This document shows, one piece after another, positions 40,176-50,624 of a stretch of DNA of 50,624 bases. Location of the stretch: the NCBI GenBank assembly GCA_903847935.1, contig CAINEX010000019.1:1-50624 (forward strand). Direction: 5' to 3'. Under the pieces are notes generated by a model. The model searched no databases. It worked only from the letters and a program-made list of their open reading frames with translations, and had not been told where the DNA came from. A program made the position numbers and the translations under genes. Origin of the DNA: an uncultured Spartobacteria bacterium. GTDB taxonomy: Bacteria; Verrucomicrobiota; Verrucomicrobiia; Chthoniobacterales; UBA6821. Positions within the stretch are counted from its first letter, which is position 1. The number at the start of each line of letters is the position of its first letter.

Positions 40176-40454
40176 CTACTTGGTTACTTTTGCCGTATGA
40201 GAACCGTGCTTCTTAAAGATGCGCGTCGGTGAAAATTCACCAAGTTTATGACCTACCATGTTCTCAGTGACAAACACCGGAATGAATGAACGACCATTGT
40301 GCACATTGAATGTGTGACCGACGAAATCGGGAGTAACTGTCGAGCGACGAGACCAGGTCTTGATTGGCTTCTTCGTGTTACTCTCGTTGAGTTTGTCGAT
40401 CTTCTCCAGGAGTTTCCACTCCACAAAAGGTCCTTTTTTTAGCGAACGGGCCAT
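40176..40454 (-). CDS. rpsS: 30S ribosomal protein S19
   Basis: [30 protein letters not shown]. Confidence 0.98.
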   Translation of the reverse strand: MARSLKKGPFVEWKLLEKIDKLNESNTKKPIKTWSRRSTVTPDFVGHTFNVHNGRSFIPVFVTENMVGHKLGEFSPTRIFKKHGSHTAKVTK

Positions 40455-40460
40455 GGTGAA

Positions 40461-41300
40461 TTATTTCTTTTTGCGACGCGCCACAATGAAGCGATCGCTT
40501 TGTTTGTGTTTCTGCCTGGTTTTGAATCCCTTGGAGAGTTGTCCCCAAGGGCTCATAGGATGGTGGCGACCGCCTCCACCTTTGCTCTTACCTTGACCGC
40601 CACCCATCGGATGGTCGACAGGGTTCATCGCCATTCCACGGGTCTGAGGTCGGATGCCAAGCCAACGAGACCTTCCGGCCTTACCGCTGACTACGTTCAT
40701 ATGCTCGATATTTCCAACCTGCCCGATCGTGGCGTAGCAGTTCTCATTCACGCGGCGCAACTCCCCGGAGGCCATCTTGATGAGTGCGTATCCTCCCTCC
40801 CTGTTGTTCAGGATCGCCTGCGATCCGGCGCTACGGACAATCTGTCCACCGCGACCAGGAATGAGTTCTACATTGTGAATGGCGAGACCGAGAGGAATAA
40901 ATTTCAGTGGGAGCGCATTACCTACGTTAGGCTCTGACTTTTCACCCGCGGAAACCTTGCTTCCTACGGAAAGTCCGCTTGCGGCAATGATGTAGGCCTT
41001 CTCTCCGTCGGCATACTGGATGAGGGCAAGACGGGCCGAACGGTTTGGATCGTACTCAATCGCAATGACATCGGCCTCGACATCCCGACGTACCCGCTTG
41101 AAATCAATGATACGATATTTCCGCTTATGTCCCCCTCCACGATGACGCGATGTCTTCCGTCCATTATTGTTGCGTCCACCCGTGCGGTTTTTTGTTTCTA
41201 AAAGAGACTTCTCGGGCTTGCTCTTGGTGATCTCCTCGAATGAAGGGAGGGCCTTGAACCTTTGGGATGGGGTTAGTGGCCGGAATGTTTTAAGTGCCAT
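40461..41300 (-). CDS. rplB: 50S ribosomal protein L2
   Basis: [28 protein letters not shown]. Confidence 0.98.
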   Translation of the reverse strand: MALKTFRPLTPSQRFKALPSFEEITKSKPEKSLLETKNRTGGRNNNGRKTSRHRGGGHKRKYRIIDFKRVRRDVEADVIAIEYDPNRSARLALIQYADGEKAYIIAASGLSVGSKVSAGEKSEPNVGNALPLKFIPLGLAIHNVELIPGRGGQIVRSAGSQAILNNREGGYALIKMASGELRRVNENCYATIGQVGNIEHMNVVSGKAGRSRWLGIRPQTRGMAMNPVDHPMGGGQGKSKGGGGRHHPMSPWGQLSKGFKTRQKHKQSDRFIVARRKKK

Positions 41301-41321
41301 GGTCGTGTGGTCCTTGATTGA

Positions 41322-41606
41322 TTAAGCAATATCGATCTTCTCACCGGGAGCGAGAGTCACAATTGCCTTTTTCCAGTGTGCTTGTCGGCCGAAATCAGCA
41401 CGACGCTCGCGCTTTTTCTTGCCTGCATATTGCGCTGTGTTCACTGCGGAAACCTTCTTCTTGAAGAGTGTCTCAATGGCACGCCTGATTTCGATCTTGT
41501 TCGCGTTGGTTGCGACGCGAAAAACATACTTATTCAGTTTTTCGGAAAGAAGGCTTGCCTTCTCTGTCACAAGGACGCTGCGGATGATGTCGTGTGCTTC
41601 TTTCAT
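41322..41606 (-). CDS. rplW: 50S ribosomal protein L23
   Basis: TEKA, ANKIEI, WKKAIVTL. Confidence 0.97.
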   Translation of the reverse strand: MKEAHDIIRSVLVTEKASLLSEKLNKYVFRVATNANKIEIRRAIETLFKKKVSAVNTAQYAGKKKRERRADFGRQAHWKKAIVTLAPGEKIDIA

Positions 41607-42220
41607 GCAGTGATGCGTTGTCCAAGTGCTTCAAGAGCGTCCTTGGTGATGATGATCTTGTCGAATGCGAGGAAATTCTCGGTATTCACCTCGGCAGCTG
41701 TCATCAGACGACGTGTGTGATGAACATTGTTTGCCGCCTGATTGGTTAACTTGTCAAAGGAGACAGCTACAATGAGTGTTTTGCGGACATCCCCTGCGAT
41801 TCCATTCACAAGGGTAAGAAAAGACTTTGTTTTTCCTTCCTTAACACCAAAGGAATCAACTACCAATACATCACCGGAAAGTATGCGTGCACTGAGGGCC
41901 TTCCGGAAGGCGAGCCTCTTTACCGCCTTCGGGGTCTTCTTGGCATAACTGCGGGGATGAGGTCCATGAACGACGCCGCCACCAACCCAGACAGGCGAAC
42001 TTGCATACCCAGCGCGGGCACGTCCTGTTCCCTTCTGCTTCCAGGGCTTTTTCCCAGAGAGATTTACCGTGGCTTTCGTCTTAACGGAGGCAGTGCCACT
42101 ACGGCGGTTGGCACGCATGGCGACAACTACGTCATGGACAGCCTGTGTCCCTTTTCCGTCAGTGATGATGTCAATGTTGGCTTTTTTAGCCGCCTCGGCT
42201 GTGAGAATGGTTGCGCTCAT
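41603..42220 (-). CDS. rplD: 50S ribosomal protein L4
   Basis: KPWKQKGTGRAR.G, GGG..HGP.PR. Confidence 0.97.
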   Translation of the reverse strand: MSATILTAEAAKKANIDIITDGKGTQAVHDVVVAMRANRRSGTASVKTKATVNLSGKKPWKQKGTGRARAGYASSPVWVGGGVVHGPHPRSYAKKTPKAVKRLAFRKALSARILSGDVLVVDSFGVKEGKTKSFLTLVNGIAGDVRKTLIVAVSFDKLTNQAANNVHHTRRLMTAAEVNTENFLAFDKIIITKDALEALGQRITA

Positions 42221-42223
42221 GGA

Positions 42224-42874
42224 TTAGTTGGAGGCTTTGTTGGATGACTTCTTTTTGGATGGTCGCAGCATGACATACGTCCCCTTTGCTCCAGGAACCG
42301 CACCGCTGACAAGAATCACCCCATCAGCCTCACGAACCTGAACAATTTCCAGATTCTGTGTGGTGATCCGCTCGTCTCCCATATGTCCTGGCATACCCAT
42401 GTTTTTCCAAACGCGTCCTGGAGTGAGGCGATTTCCGATAGCACCATTTCTGCGGTGCATCATGGAACCATGCGTCTCAGGCTGCCCAGCGAATTTAAAG
42501 CGCCTGACAACTCCCTGAAATCCTTTTCCTTTGGAGGTGCTGATCACGTCGATGTACTGGCCATCCTTGAAATTCGTTACGGACCAATCGCCAGCCTCGG
42601 GAGCTGTTTCCCCCTCCCTCAGGCGAAACTCACGGATAAAGCGCTTGGGGGTCGAAGCGGTCTTCGCAAAGTGACCTTTCAGTCCCTTGGTAATACGATG
42701 CTCTTTTTGATCGCCAAATCCAACCTGTACGGCGGAATAACCATCTTTTTCCTTAGTTTTGACTTGAAGGATGCGGTTACCTCCCGCCTCGATGACGGTG
42801 ACGGGTCGAATGCGACCTTTCGTATCATAGACACGAGTCATTCCAATTTTTTTGCCGAGTACTCCGATGCTCAT
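42224..42874 (-). CDS. rplC: 50S ribosomal protein L3
   Basis: GKKIGMT, SKGKGFQG, MPGHMG, GAVPG. Confidence 0.98.
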   Translation of the reverse strand: MSIGVLGKKIGMTRVYDTKGRIRPVTVIEAGGNRILQVKTKEKDGYSAVQVGFGDQKEHRITKGLKGHFAKTASTPKRFIREFRLREGETAPEAGDWSVTNFKDGQYIDVISTSKGKGFQGVVRRFKFAGQPETHGSMMHRRNGAIGNRLTPGRVWKNMGMPGHMGDERITTQNLEIVQVREADGVILVSGAVPGAKGTYVMLRPSKKKSSNKASN

Positions 42875-42903
42875 AATTCGAGATAGCTGAGTGTGAAAAG
42901 GGG

Positions 42904-43215
42904 TCAGATCTTGATGGTGATATCGACGCCAGCCGGAAGATTCAGCTTACGAAGTTCATCAACCGTCTTGGCTGTTGGCTCCAAGATGTCCAGAAGCCTC
43001 TTGTGGGTCCTGATCTCAAACTGATCCATCGACTTCTTGTCAACGTGAGGGGAGCGATTGACAGTAAACTTCTCGATTCGCGTGGGGAGCGGAATCGGTC
43101 CGGTTACTTTTGAGCCGGTGCGTTTTGCAGTCTCGACAATTTCCAGGGCGGAAATATCAAGAAGGCGGAAATCGAAGCCTTTGAGGCGAATACGGATGCG
43201 TTGTCCAGCGGCCAT
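42904..43215 (-). CDS. rpsJ: 30S ribosomal protein S10
   Basis: [23 protein letters not shown]. Confidence 0.98.
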   Translation of the reverse strand: MAAGQRIRIRLKGFDFRLLDISALEIVETAKRTGSKVTGPIPLPTRIEKFTVNRSPHVDKKSMDQFEIRTHKRLLDILEPTAKTVDELRKLNLPAGVDITIKI

Positions 43216-43229
43216 GGTCTTAGTTGGGT

Positions 43230-45380
43230 TTATTTTTTCTGGTCAAGAACCGCAGCCAATACTTGGGCCGGGACCTGTTCAAAGTGTGAGGGCTCCATGG
43301 AGTAAGAAGCACGTCCTTTGGAGAGTGAGCGAATCGAGGTGGCATAACCGAACATCTCTGAAAGCGGTACTTCGGCATTCACGCTGGTAACAATGGTCTT
43401 CGTCTCGATAGACATGATTTTTCCACGGCGGCGGTTCAAGTCACCCATGATATCGCCCTGATACTCTTCTGGAGTAACCGCTTCGACTTTCATGATTGGT
43501 TCAAGCAGAATGGGCTTGGCATTCTTCAGACCATCCTTGAGGGCGAAAATAGCTGCCATCTTGAAGGCCATTTCGTTGGAATCCACATCGTGGTAAGAGC
43601 CATCAACGATATCAACATGGACATCAATCACAGGATAGCCGCCAACGACACCATTCAGTGCTGCCTCATTAAGGCCCTTGATAACGGCAGGTATGAAGTC
43701 CTTCGGTATTGAACCTCCGACAGTCTTGTTTTCAATGGTCACACCCTTGCCCTTCTCATTCGGGGCAATCTTGATGACAACGTGACCATACTGACCGCGT
43801 CCACCAGACTGTTTGACAAGTTTCCCTTCACCGTCAGCAGATGTAAGAATCGTCTCCTTGTAGGCGATCTGAGGCTTGCCAGAGTTTGCTTCAACCTTAA
43901 ACTCACGCAACATGCGATCCCTGATGATCTCCAGGTGGAGTTCACCCATTCCTGCAATAATCGTCTGACCGGTTTCCTCGTCGGTGAAGACCCGGAATGT
44001 AGGATCCTCTTCAGACAAACGCTGAAGGGCATTTCCCATTTTCTCTTGATCTGCCTTGGTCTTTGGCTCGATGGACATCGAGATAACCGGATCAGGGAAA
44101 GAGGGTGGCTCCAGGGCAATGGGTTCATCCTCGGTGCAAAGAGTATCACCAGTGGTGATGTTCTTGATTCCCACGATCGCAGCGATATCTCCTGAGTAGC
44201 AGGTGTCGATATCCTCGCGCTTATCAGCCTGAATCTGAATGAGGCGACTGATTCGCTCACGCTTTCCGGTACGAGGATTAAGGACGGTGTCGCCCTTGCT
44301 CAATTTCCCAGAGTAAACACGGAAGAAAACCAATTTTCCAACGAACGGATCGCTCCAGAGCTTGAAAGCAAGGGAACAAAAGGGCTCGTTGTCACTGGTG
44401 ACCGCAAACTTGTCTTTACCGTTGTCAGGATCCATTCCTTTTGCAGGAGGAATATCGATCGGACTTGGAAGATAATCGACTACGGCATCAAGCAGATACT
44501 GAACCCCTTTATTTTTGAAAGCAGAACCACCTGCTACAGGCACAAACTTGTTTGCCGTCGTCTGGCGACGGATAGCTCTTTTAAGGATCTCGCGGGTAAC
44601 TGGCTTTTCTTCAAGGAAAAGTGTCCCCACCTCCTCGTCCAGATCCGTCATCTGCGTGACAAGATCCTCGTAGGCGGACTCAGCAAGATCCTTCAACTCA
44701 GCAGGGATCTCAGTAATCGTGTAGTTTGAGCCCATGCTCGCATCATCGGCATAGATGACAGCCTTCTGATTCACAACATCGATTTGGCCTTGAAGGTTGT
44801 CTTCAGCACCGATCGGAATAAGAATTGGCCAAGCGTTCGCACCAAGCTTCGTGCGCATGTCATTGACTGCATTCGCAAAATTAGCACCGGTCCGGTCCAT
44901 CTTGTTCACGAAAGCGATACGCGGAACATTGTACTTGTTCGCCTGGCGCCAAACAGTCTCTGACTGGGGTTGCACACCGGCAACACCACAGAAGACGGCA
45001 ATGGCTCCGTCAAGAACACGCAGGGAACGTTCGACCTCGGCCGTGAAATCGACATGTCCGGGAGTATCGATGATATTGACGCGCATCTTGATGCCGTCAA
45101 AAAGTTTCACGATGTCATCCTGCTTGATCTGGTTCCAACTGCAGGTGGTTGCGGCGGATGTGATCGTTATACCGCGCTCCCGCTCCTGCTCCATCCAATC
45201 CGTTGCTGTCGTTCCCTCGTGAACCTCGCCGATCTTGTGAATCATGCCCGTATAGAAAAGAACGCGCTCGGTAAGCGTGGTCTTTCCAGCGTCGATGTGT
45301 GCGCAAATCCCGATATTACGGGTGCGCTCGAGAGGAAACGCACGGTCCGGAGAATTCGGGTTCTTGATATCGGTGCTCAT
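43230..45380 (-). CDS. fusA: Elongation factor G
   Basis: [41 protein letters not shown]. Confidence 0.98.
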   Translation of the reverse strand: MSTDIKNPNSPDRAFPLERTRNIGICAHIDAGKTTLTERVLFYTGMIHKIGEVHEGTTATDWMEQERERGITITSAATTCSWNQIKQDDIVKLFDGIKMRVNIIDTPGHVDFTAEVERSLRVLDGAIAVFCGVAGVQPQSETVWRQANKYNVPRIAFVNKMDRTGANFANAVNDMRTKLGANAWPILIPIGAEDNLQGQIDVVNQKAVIYADDASMGSNYTITEIPAELKDLAESAYEDLVTQMTDLDEEVGTLFLEEKPVTREILKRAIRRQTTANKFVPVAGGSAFKNKGVQYLLDAVVDYLPSPIDIPPAKGMDPDNGKDKFAVTSDNEPFCSLAFKLWSDPFVGKLVFFRVYSGKLSKGDTVLNPRTGKRERISRLIQIQADKREDIDTCYSGDIAAIVGIKNITTGDTLCTEDEPIALEPPSFPDPVISMSIEPKTKADQEKMGNALQRLSEEDPTFRVFTDEETGQTIIAGMGELHLEIIRDRMLREFKVEANSGKPQIAYKETILTSADGEGKLVKQSGGRGQYGHVVIKIAPNEKGKGVTIENKTVGGSIPKDFIPAVIKGLNEAALNGVVGGYPVIDVHVDIVDGSYHDVDSNEMAFKMAAIFALKDGLKNAKPILLEPIMKVEAVTPEEYQGDIMGDLNRRRGKIMSIETKTIVTSVNAEVPLSEMFGYATSIRSLSKGRASYSMEPSHFEQVPAQVLAAVLDQKK

Positions 45381-45413
45381 TGAGGTAATGGGATAAAGAA
45401 CAAAGAAAAAAGT

Positions 45414-45887
45414 TTACCAGCGGAAGTGAGCAAAGGCCCTGTTAGCCTGGGCCATCTTGTGAAGATCATCGCGCTTCTTGATTGCAGCACCCTGATTAGC
45501 TGCCGCTTCCTTCAATTCGCTTGCGAGTGCCTTCGACATGGGAACGCTTTTGCGCTTGCTTGCAAAACCAACAATCCATCTCATCGCAAGGGCCAGTTGG
45601 CGCTCCGTTGGAACTTCCATCGGAACTTGGTAGGTTGCCCCTCCAACTCGACGACTCTTCACTTCAAGACGGGGCCGGGCATTATCCATGGCTTTCTGGA
45701 GCACATCGAGAGGGTCAACGGCCTCGGAACCGTCACGGGTGCTTTCGATCGCCGTGTAAACGATGCGCTCCGCAAGGGAACGTTTTCCACCGCGCATGAC
45801 GGTGGTGATGAGTCGTGCAACCAGGGGGCTTGCGTAGCGAAGGTCGCGTTTGACCTCTTTTTGAATGACGCGTTTGCGGCGGGACAT
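45414..45887 (-). CDS. rpsG: 30S ribosomal protein S7
   Basis: EVKSRRVGGATYQVP, HKMAQANRAFAHFRW. Confidence 0.98.
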   Translation of the reverse strand: MSRRKRVIQKEVKRDLRYASPLVARLITTVMRGGKRSLAERIVYTAIESTRDGSEAVDPLDVLQKAMDNARPRLEVKSRRVGGATYQVPMEVPTERQLALAMRWIVGFASKRKSVPMSKALASELKEAAANQGAAIKKRDDLHKMAQANRAFAHFRW

Positions 45888-45916
45888 GGAAAAGAAAAGT
45901 TGGGGTTACAGGTGAA

Positions 45917-46324
45917 TTATTTCTTCTTCTTGCCAGTCTTGGCTTCTTCACCCGGCTTGGGACGTTTTGTTCCATACTTGGAACGTCCGCGCCGGCGACC
46001 ATCGACTCCAAGGGCATCAAGGGTTCCCCGTACGATGTGGTAACGAACACCGGGAAGATCCTTAACTCGTCCGCCGCGCACCAGCACAATCGAGTGCTCC
46101 TGGAGGTTGTGTCCCTCACCGCCAATGTAGGCGATCACCTCTTGACCGTTTGTCAACCGCACTTTGGCTACTTTACGAAGAGCCGAGTTCGGCTTTTTGG
46201 GAGTACGTGTCATCACCTGCACGCAGACGCCTCGGCGCTGGGGGCAATTCACCAGGGCTGGTGATTTGGACTTCACCCTGACTTTTTGTCGGCCCTGTCG
46301 TACGAGTTGGTTGATGGTTGGCAT
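45917..46324 (-). CDS. rpsL: 30S ribosomal protein S12
   Basis: MPTINQLVR start at 46324, [19 protein letters not shown]. Confidence 0.98.
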   Translation of the reverse strand: MPTINQLVRQGRQKVRVKSKSPALVNCPQRRGVCVQVMTRTPKKPNSALRKVAKVRLTNGQEVIAYIGGEGHNLQEHSIVLVRGGRVKDLPGVRYHIVRGTLDALGVDGRRRGRSKYGTKRPKPGEEAKTGKKKK

Positions 46325-46452
46325 GTGAAATTTTGGTTTTTCGGTCGGCACTCCTCGTTGGATCCCATTCAGCAATCCGTGACGCGTTATCAGCGAAACA
46401 AAAAACACATTGCTGTGTTGCTTGAGAAACCCCGAAGAAGCCGGGAGGTGGG

Positions 46453-46480
46453 AAAGTAGGGAAACCACGGGAATTCGCAA
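46453..46480 (-). promoter_or_regulatory. Candidate promoter of the rpsL supercluster
   Basis: TTGCGA-N16-TACTTT on the minus strand with AT-rich sequence upstream. Confidence 0.45.
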
Positions 46481-46718
46481 GAAGATTTTACTCTTTTGTA
46501 GCAGATATTTTAAAGCGACGACTCCCCCGGGCACTCTTTCATCAAGTCAGGGAACTTTTTACAGCCCCAGGAAATGGAGAGTCCATGCCCTCCATCGTCG
46601 CCACACCATCATTGCGCCAATTCGCAACCGAACACCTTCTCAACATTGATGCACAGGACTTCAACGAGCCGATTAAGCCCTCAATGAAAGACAAACGACA
46701 TCATTATGAGGGTGATTT

Positions 46719-47090
46719 TTAAAATCCTAAAAGGCGTGATAAAAGATGCCTTCTTTTTGCAATGCATCTGTAAATCAAATCGCTCAGACATCGAAAGATC
46801 CCAATCCTTTCATGCACTCTCCAAACAACTTTTCCTAATGGATTCTCACAGAGAACCATGAGTCTGATTATCGCTGCAGCCCCCGTTCTCACGACACCAT
46901 TTTTCTCAATCAGAATGAGAGATTGAGGCACCTTCGGTATTTCAATCCCCCACGCCTCAACGTCCTTATCATACGGAAAAAAACTCACAGCATCACGACT
47001 GCGGAGGCGCCATCGCCTCATTGATGAAGCGCATAGTCCGCACGCTCCATCATAGAGAACAACGGGACGGATTATCGGTTCTCTCTCCAT
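46719..47090 (-). CDS. DCC family (DUF393) thiol-disulfide oxidoreductase
   Basis: YDGACGLC (DxxCxxC), G..A, Y..IA..R motifs; start placed at ATG 47090. Confidence 0.8.
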   Translation of the reverse strand: MEREPIIRPVVLYDGACGLCASSMRRWRLRSRDAVSFFPYDKDVEAWGIEIPKVPQSLILIEKNGVVRTGAAAIIRLMVLCENPLGKVVWRVHERIGIFRCLSDLIYRCIAKRRHLLSRLLGF

Positions 47091-47191
47091 GTGTGAAAGT
47101 CTATCCGTCGTTGTTGCATCACGGCAATGTTTAGCCCAACAGCGACTCCTCCGTTGCACTACGCTACAAAAGTCCGTTACGTTTTGGTTCC

Positions 47192-47878
47192 ATGAGATCC
47201 GAAAGTGCCTTTGTTTTACGGTTCCTCTTTTGTGTCTTCACGTTACTCCCCTTGGAGGTACGGGCACAAAGTGCAGAACAAATTCTGCAAACTGCCCGCC
47301 TCAATCCAACAAGCCGTCCTGCCGAACTGAAGGCACAGATCCGTGGCGACGCCTCGATCACTCCGGTCACCATGTCCCTGAGGAACCATGTGATCAGCTT
47401 TGGATTCAAAGATCCGGAACAGACAATCCTCCTCAGACTGGCCCCCAGGGAATCCAAACTCAGCGAACAGATTTCAGGCACAACCCGACCGATTTCATCG
47501 ACTCATCTCCATGATGAGGTTCGCAATACCGGCTTAACCTACGAGGACCTCTCCCTGGGCTTCCTCTATTGGCCTGATCCCCTACTGCAGGGAATGGAGA
47601 CGATAAGAACCAGGGCGGCTTGGAAAATCGATCTGCAAGCCCCCTCCGGGGAACCTCTCTATGGAGTCGCCCGCGTTTGGATTGATAAGGAGAGTGGTGG
47701 GATCCTGCGCATCGAGGGATATGACAAGCACGGCCTGCTCCTGAGACGCTTTGAGATCATCTCGGCGCAAAAGATTGACGACTGCTGGATGCTCCGTCAG
47801 ATGCGCATTGAAAGTTTTGTCGCCGGCAATCCTTCACCGATTTCAAGGCACTATCTGGAGGTGCTTGGGAAAAACTGA
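47192..47878 (+). CDS. Outer membrane lipoprotein-sorting (LolA-like) protein
   Basis: Signal peptide ending VRA-Q; TGLTYEDL, VWIDK, YD..G.L pattern. Confidence 0.75.
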   Translation: MRSESAFVLRFLFCVFTLLPLEVRAQSAEQILQTARLNPTSRPAELKAQIRGDASITPVTMSLRNHVISFGFKDPEQTILLRLAPRESKLSEQISGTTRPISSTHLHDEVRNTGLTYEDLSLGFLYWPDPLLQGMETIRTRAAWKIDLQAPSGEPLYGVARVWIDKESGGILRIEGYDKHGLLLRRFEIISAQKIDDCWMLRQMRIESFVAGNPSPISRHYLEVLGKN

Positions 47879-47956
47879 TTGCAGGAGAGAAATGGAAGGT
47901 GCCCCGATTACTCAGGGGTCCATCACTGACACAGAGAAAAAGATCTAGCTATAGAT

Positions 47957-49324
47957 CTAAAAGCCCCAGTGAAAATGTCCGAACGGCCACCAAGATCCCC
48001 ATGATTGACTGCTTTGAGGAGGTGGAGTGGGGCTAGAAATTGGAGTAGGGGACGGCGTTGGGACACCCGGATTGCGGGATACGGGAGTTGGTGATGGTGT
48101 CGCCGAGGGAGAAGGAGTGGGATTTGGCATCGGGCTTGGGATTACAACCGCGGATGGAATCGTAGCGAGTTGGGCCGCATTCGGACTACCGAGCCCCGTA
48201 CTGAGATCGTAACCGGTTGTTGCTGGATGCCCATTGCTACCGGAGGTGATGTCTCGAAGCCATGGAGACAATCCACTCTTACACTCGGCATACAGGTTAG
48301 ATTGGAACGTCGTACCACCCGCATTACCCAAACTCTTGCGACGAGCCAGCAGAGCGGCCCACTGCGGAGTACCGACACTCGTCCCTCCGTAAACAGCCCA
48401 ACCACCCGTTTGTGTGATAGGATCCGTAAGATAGACATTCACACCCGTGTAAGGATCGGCAACATAACTGACATCCGGAATCCCCCTGCCGGAGTTGACG
48501 TTGAACCCCGCCTGAAAAGCGGGAAGTTGCTCGTAACGACTGACCCCACCACCACCCGACCCCCAAGCCGTCTCGGATGAGATTGATCCCGTCAGAGAGT
48601 TGATCTGCAAGGATGTGCCGCCCACGGCAAGCACGTACGGGGAGGCGGCAGGCCAATCCACAACGCTGGCAGAGTCTCCCGCAGCAGCCACAAAACTCGT
48701 GCCTGGTTGGTTAAAATAGGAGTCACTTGCCAGCTCCCCGAAAAACTCCTGCGTCCCCCAACTCATCGAAACCACATCCGCTTTTGATGTTGTAACAGCG
48801 TAATTCACGGCCGCCAGGAGATTGTTCAATGAGTCGTCCGGAGAGACCACGACCACAATTTTCGCTCCGGGTGCCATGGCGTGGGACCATTCCACGTCAA
48901 GCATGGTTTCCGCAGCCCATCCGGAGTCTTTAGCCCGTGGTTGGCCTGATGGATAGACAATCGAGAGCGTAGTCGTTGGGAGACCGTATTGGGAACAGAA
49001 TGCATTCAGATCCGACTGGATGGTAGCGCTTCCATAGGCCACAACCACGGCTAGCACACTCCCGGATCCATTACCCGCCGAGTTTGTCAGATTAAAACCG
49101 TAGGCACCTGCAATCTGGGCTGGGGTGTAGCCCGATCCGGGAGACGCAGTCAATGATGGCGGGATATCCTGATGCCTTGGGGAGCCAATAGTGTTGGCCT
49201 TGGGGCCGTCACCATAGCCGTACTTCCACTTGATGGGGGAACGAACCCCATCGGAGGCAAGTGAGGAGCCCACGAATCCCAATGCAATGATTAAAGAGGC
49301 AAGAATGAGGGAGGTTTTTTTCAT
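47957..49324 (-). CDS. Secreted S53 (sedolisin/kumamolisin-like) peptidase
   Basis: ExxLD (ETMLDVEW), AAGDS oxyanion Asp, GGTS catalytic Ser, GYD..TGLGSP; signal peptide. Confidence 0.88.
   Translation of the reverse strand: MKKTSLILASLIIALGFVGSSLASDGVRSPIKWKYGYGDGPKANTIGSPRHQDIPPSLTASPGSGYTPAQIAGAYGFNLTNSAGNGSGSVLAVVVAYGSATIQSDLNAFCSQYGLPTTTLSIVYPSGQPRAKDSGWAAETMLDVEWSHAMAPGAKIVVVVSPDDSLNNLLAAVNYAVTTSKADVVSMSWGTQEFFGELASDSYFNQPGTSFVAAAGDSASVVDWPAASPYVLAVGGTSLQINSLTGSISSETAWGSGGGGVSRYEQLPAFQAGFNVNSGRGIPDVSYVADPYTGVNVYLTDPITQTGGWAVYGGTSVGTPQWAALLARRKSLGNAGGTTFQSNLYAECKSGLSPWLRDITSGSNGHPATTGYDLSTGLGSPNAAQLATIPSAVVIPSPMPNPTPSPSATPSPTPVSRNPGVPTPSPTPISSPTPPPQSSQSWGSWWPFGHFHWGF
48015..48140 (-). 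repeat. Pro/Thr/Ser-rich low-complexity linker (PTPSP-like repeats) in the S53 peptidase
   Basis: PSPMPNPTPSPSATPSPTPVSRNPGVPTPSPTPISSPTPPP; coordinates approximate. Confidence 0.7.
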
Positions 49325-49417
49325 CTTCTTCCTTTAAGACTTCTTGCATGAATGTCACAGACTGCAACTCAAAATTTGCCAAAAAAAACCGCACCTCCTC
49401 GACATTGGTCTCATTGG

Positions 49418-50320
49418 TTAGACCTTTTCGGAGGACGATGTTCCAAAAAGTCCTGATGGCCTTAGTAGCAAGATCAGAATAAGCAAACCGAATGCAATGG
49501 CATCCCGGTAGGAGGAAAGGAAGGACCCTCCCAAGATACATTCGCTCAGCCCAAGCAATACCCCCCCCACGGCAGCTCCCGGTAGGCTTCCGATCCCACC
49601 AAGCACGGCGGCCACGAAGGCCTTGATCCCGGGTAGTGTTCCCATCAGGGGTTCAATGGAGTGGATATTCATTGCGTAAAGGACACCGGCGGCCCCCGCA
49701 AGAGCCGAGCCAAGAGAAAACGTGAGGGATATCACCGCATCACTGTTCACCCCCATGAGGGACGCCGCATCTCGATTCTGGGCAAGCGCTCGCAGAGCCA
49801 GACCGAAGCGGGTCCTCATCACAATCTGACGCAGGGAGAACAACAGCCCCAGCGTCACCACAATCACAAGGAGATGGTTTCCTGAAACTGATACACCGGC
49901 GCCCAAAGCAATGGTGATGGGGGGCAAAAGATCGGGAAAGCCCTTCTGATTCACGCCGAAGAGAAGTTGCCCTCCGTAAGAAAGCAGCAGGGAGACTCCG
50001 ATCGAGGTGATCAAGACAGCAAGCTTGGGTTGATTACGCAAGGGGTGGTAGGCAAACCGCTCGATGACTACTCCTAGCACAGCACAGACGAGCATCGCCC
50101 AAATCAACACGGCAAAGGTTGTCATCCACGCATTGGGGAAAAGACTCCTCGCTGTCGGTGCTGCATAAAACCCGGCAAAAGCGCCGATCATCAGCACGTC
50201 ACCGTGGGCAAAGTTGATGAATTTGAGTAATCCGTAGACCATGCTGTACCCCAGCGCGATCAAGGCATAGATCGCCCCAAGGGAGAGACCGTTGATCAGT
50301 TGCTGGAGGAATTCGTGCAT
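49418..50320 (-). CDS. livH: Branched-chain amino acid ABC transporter permease
   Basis: NGLSLGAIYALIALG, INFAHG, KAFVAAVLGGIG, RPSGLFG. Confidence 0.92.
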   Translation of the reverse strand: MHEFLQQLINGLSLGAIYALIALGYSMVYGLLKFINFAHGDVLMIGAFAGFYAAPTARSLFPNAWMTTFAVLIWAMLVCAVLGVVIERFAYHPLRNQPKLAVLITSIGVSLLLSYGGQLLFGVNQKGFPDLLPPITIALGAGVSVSGNHLLVIVVTLGLLFSLRQIVMRTRFGLALRALAQNRDAASLMGVNSDAVISLTFSLGSALAGAAGVLYAMNIHSIEPLMGTLPGIKAFVAAVLGGIGSLPGAAVGGVLLGLSECILGGSFLSSYRDAIAFGLLILILLLRPSGLFGTSSSEKV

Positions 50321-50381
50321 CGCTGCATCATCACACGACTCGCTCCCAAAATTCAATGCGAGCGATCCGACTCCCTCGATT

Positions 50382-50624
50382 TTATCCCACGATCAGGTAA
50401 AACCCAACGATGATCAGTGCTGAGAGTGTCACTCCAGCCACTACGGTAGTGTTCAGGGATCCCGAAGACATACGGATCCCCTCACCCCCGTTGGCACGGG
50501 AAAGAATCCAGCCCAACACTAGGAAGAGCAAGATGATGAACGTGCAATGGGTGATCCAATGATGACCTGTGAGTCCCTTCATAAAGGCCAATACCTTTGG
50601 GCTCTTTTCCTTCGCCGCCACCAA
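50382..50624 (-). CDS. Small membrane protein, 5' part outside the window
   Basis: Open frame to the right edge with two hydrophobic helices and a GHHW.TH segment. Confidence 0.6.
   Translation of the reverse strand: MVAAKEKSPKVLAFMKGLTGHHWITHCTFIILLFLVLGWILSRANGGEGIRMSSGSLNTTVVAGVTLSALIIVGFYLIVG

Noticed and set aside
47941-47958. Inverted repeat AGATCTA-N4-TAGATCT at the S53 gene stop
   Set aside because: Short and AT-rich; at most a weak terminator between convergent genes

Overview
Core-genome window of a bacterium, probably Verrucomicrobiota. That assignment is inferred from the very long GreA, the phosphatase-GlyA fusion and the gene order; no search was run. The left half holds housekeeping genes: a 5'-truncated PBP2, lexA, lipA, an exported chorismate mutase, recR, a degenerate class III cyclase, rluD-udg-plsC-hydrolase-coaB-greA-eno-ftsB-prfB(+1 frameshift)-murI, livK, tRNA-Ser(CGA), a lone nuoA, a PTP-glyA fusion, zwf-opcA, a class A PBP and nagA. 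About 28.3-46.3 kb is the minus-strand str-S10-spc-alpha ribosomal supercluster, which here lacks tuf, rpsN, rpmD, rpoA and rplQ. The right end has a DCC-family gene, a LolA-like gene, an S53 protease and livH. I saw no mobile element, CRISPR array or rRNA, and no self-contained novel multi-gene system. The best leads are single-locus oddities: an exported coiled-coil gene inserted between rpsS and rplV; a YwlE-type phosphatase fused to SHMT behind a perfect 14-bp palindrome; a 137-aa minimal SRAP-like protein; two apparent pseudo-enzymes (the cyclase and the PBP transpeptidase domain); a histone-H1-like protein; and a 15-bp inverted repeat over the lexA start that contains a Gram-positive-type SOS box.
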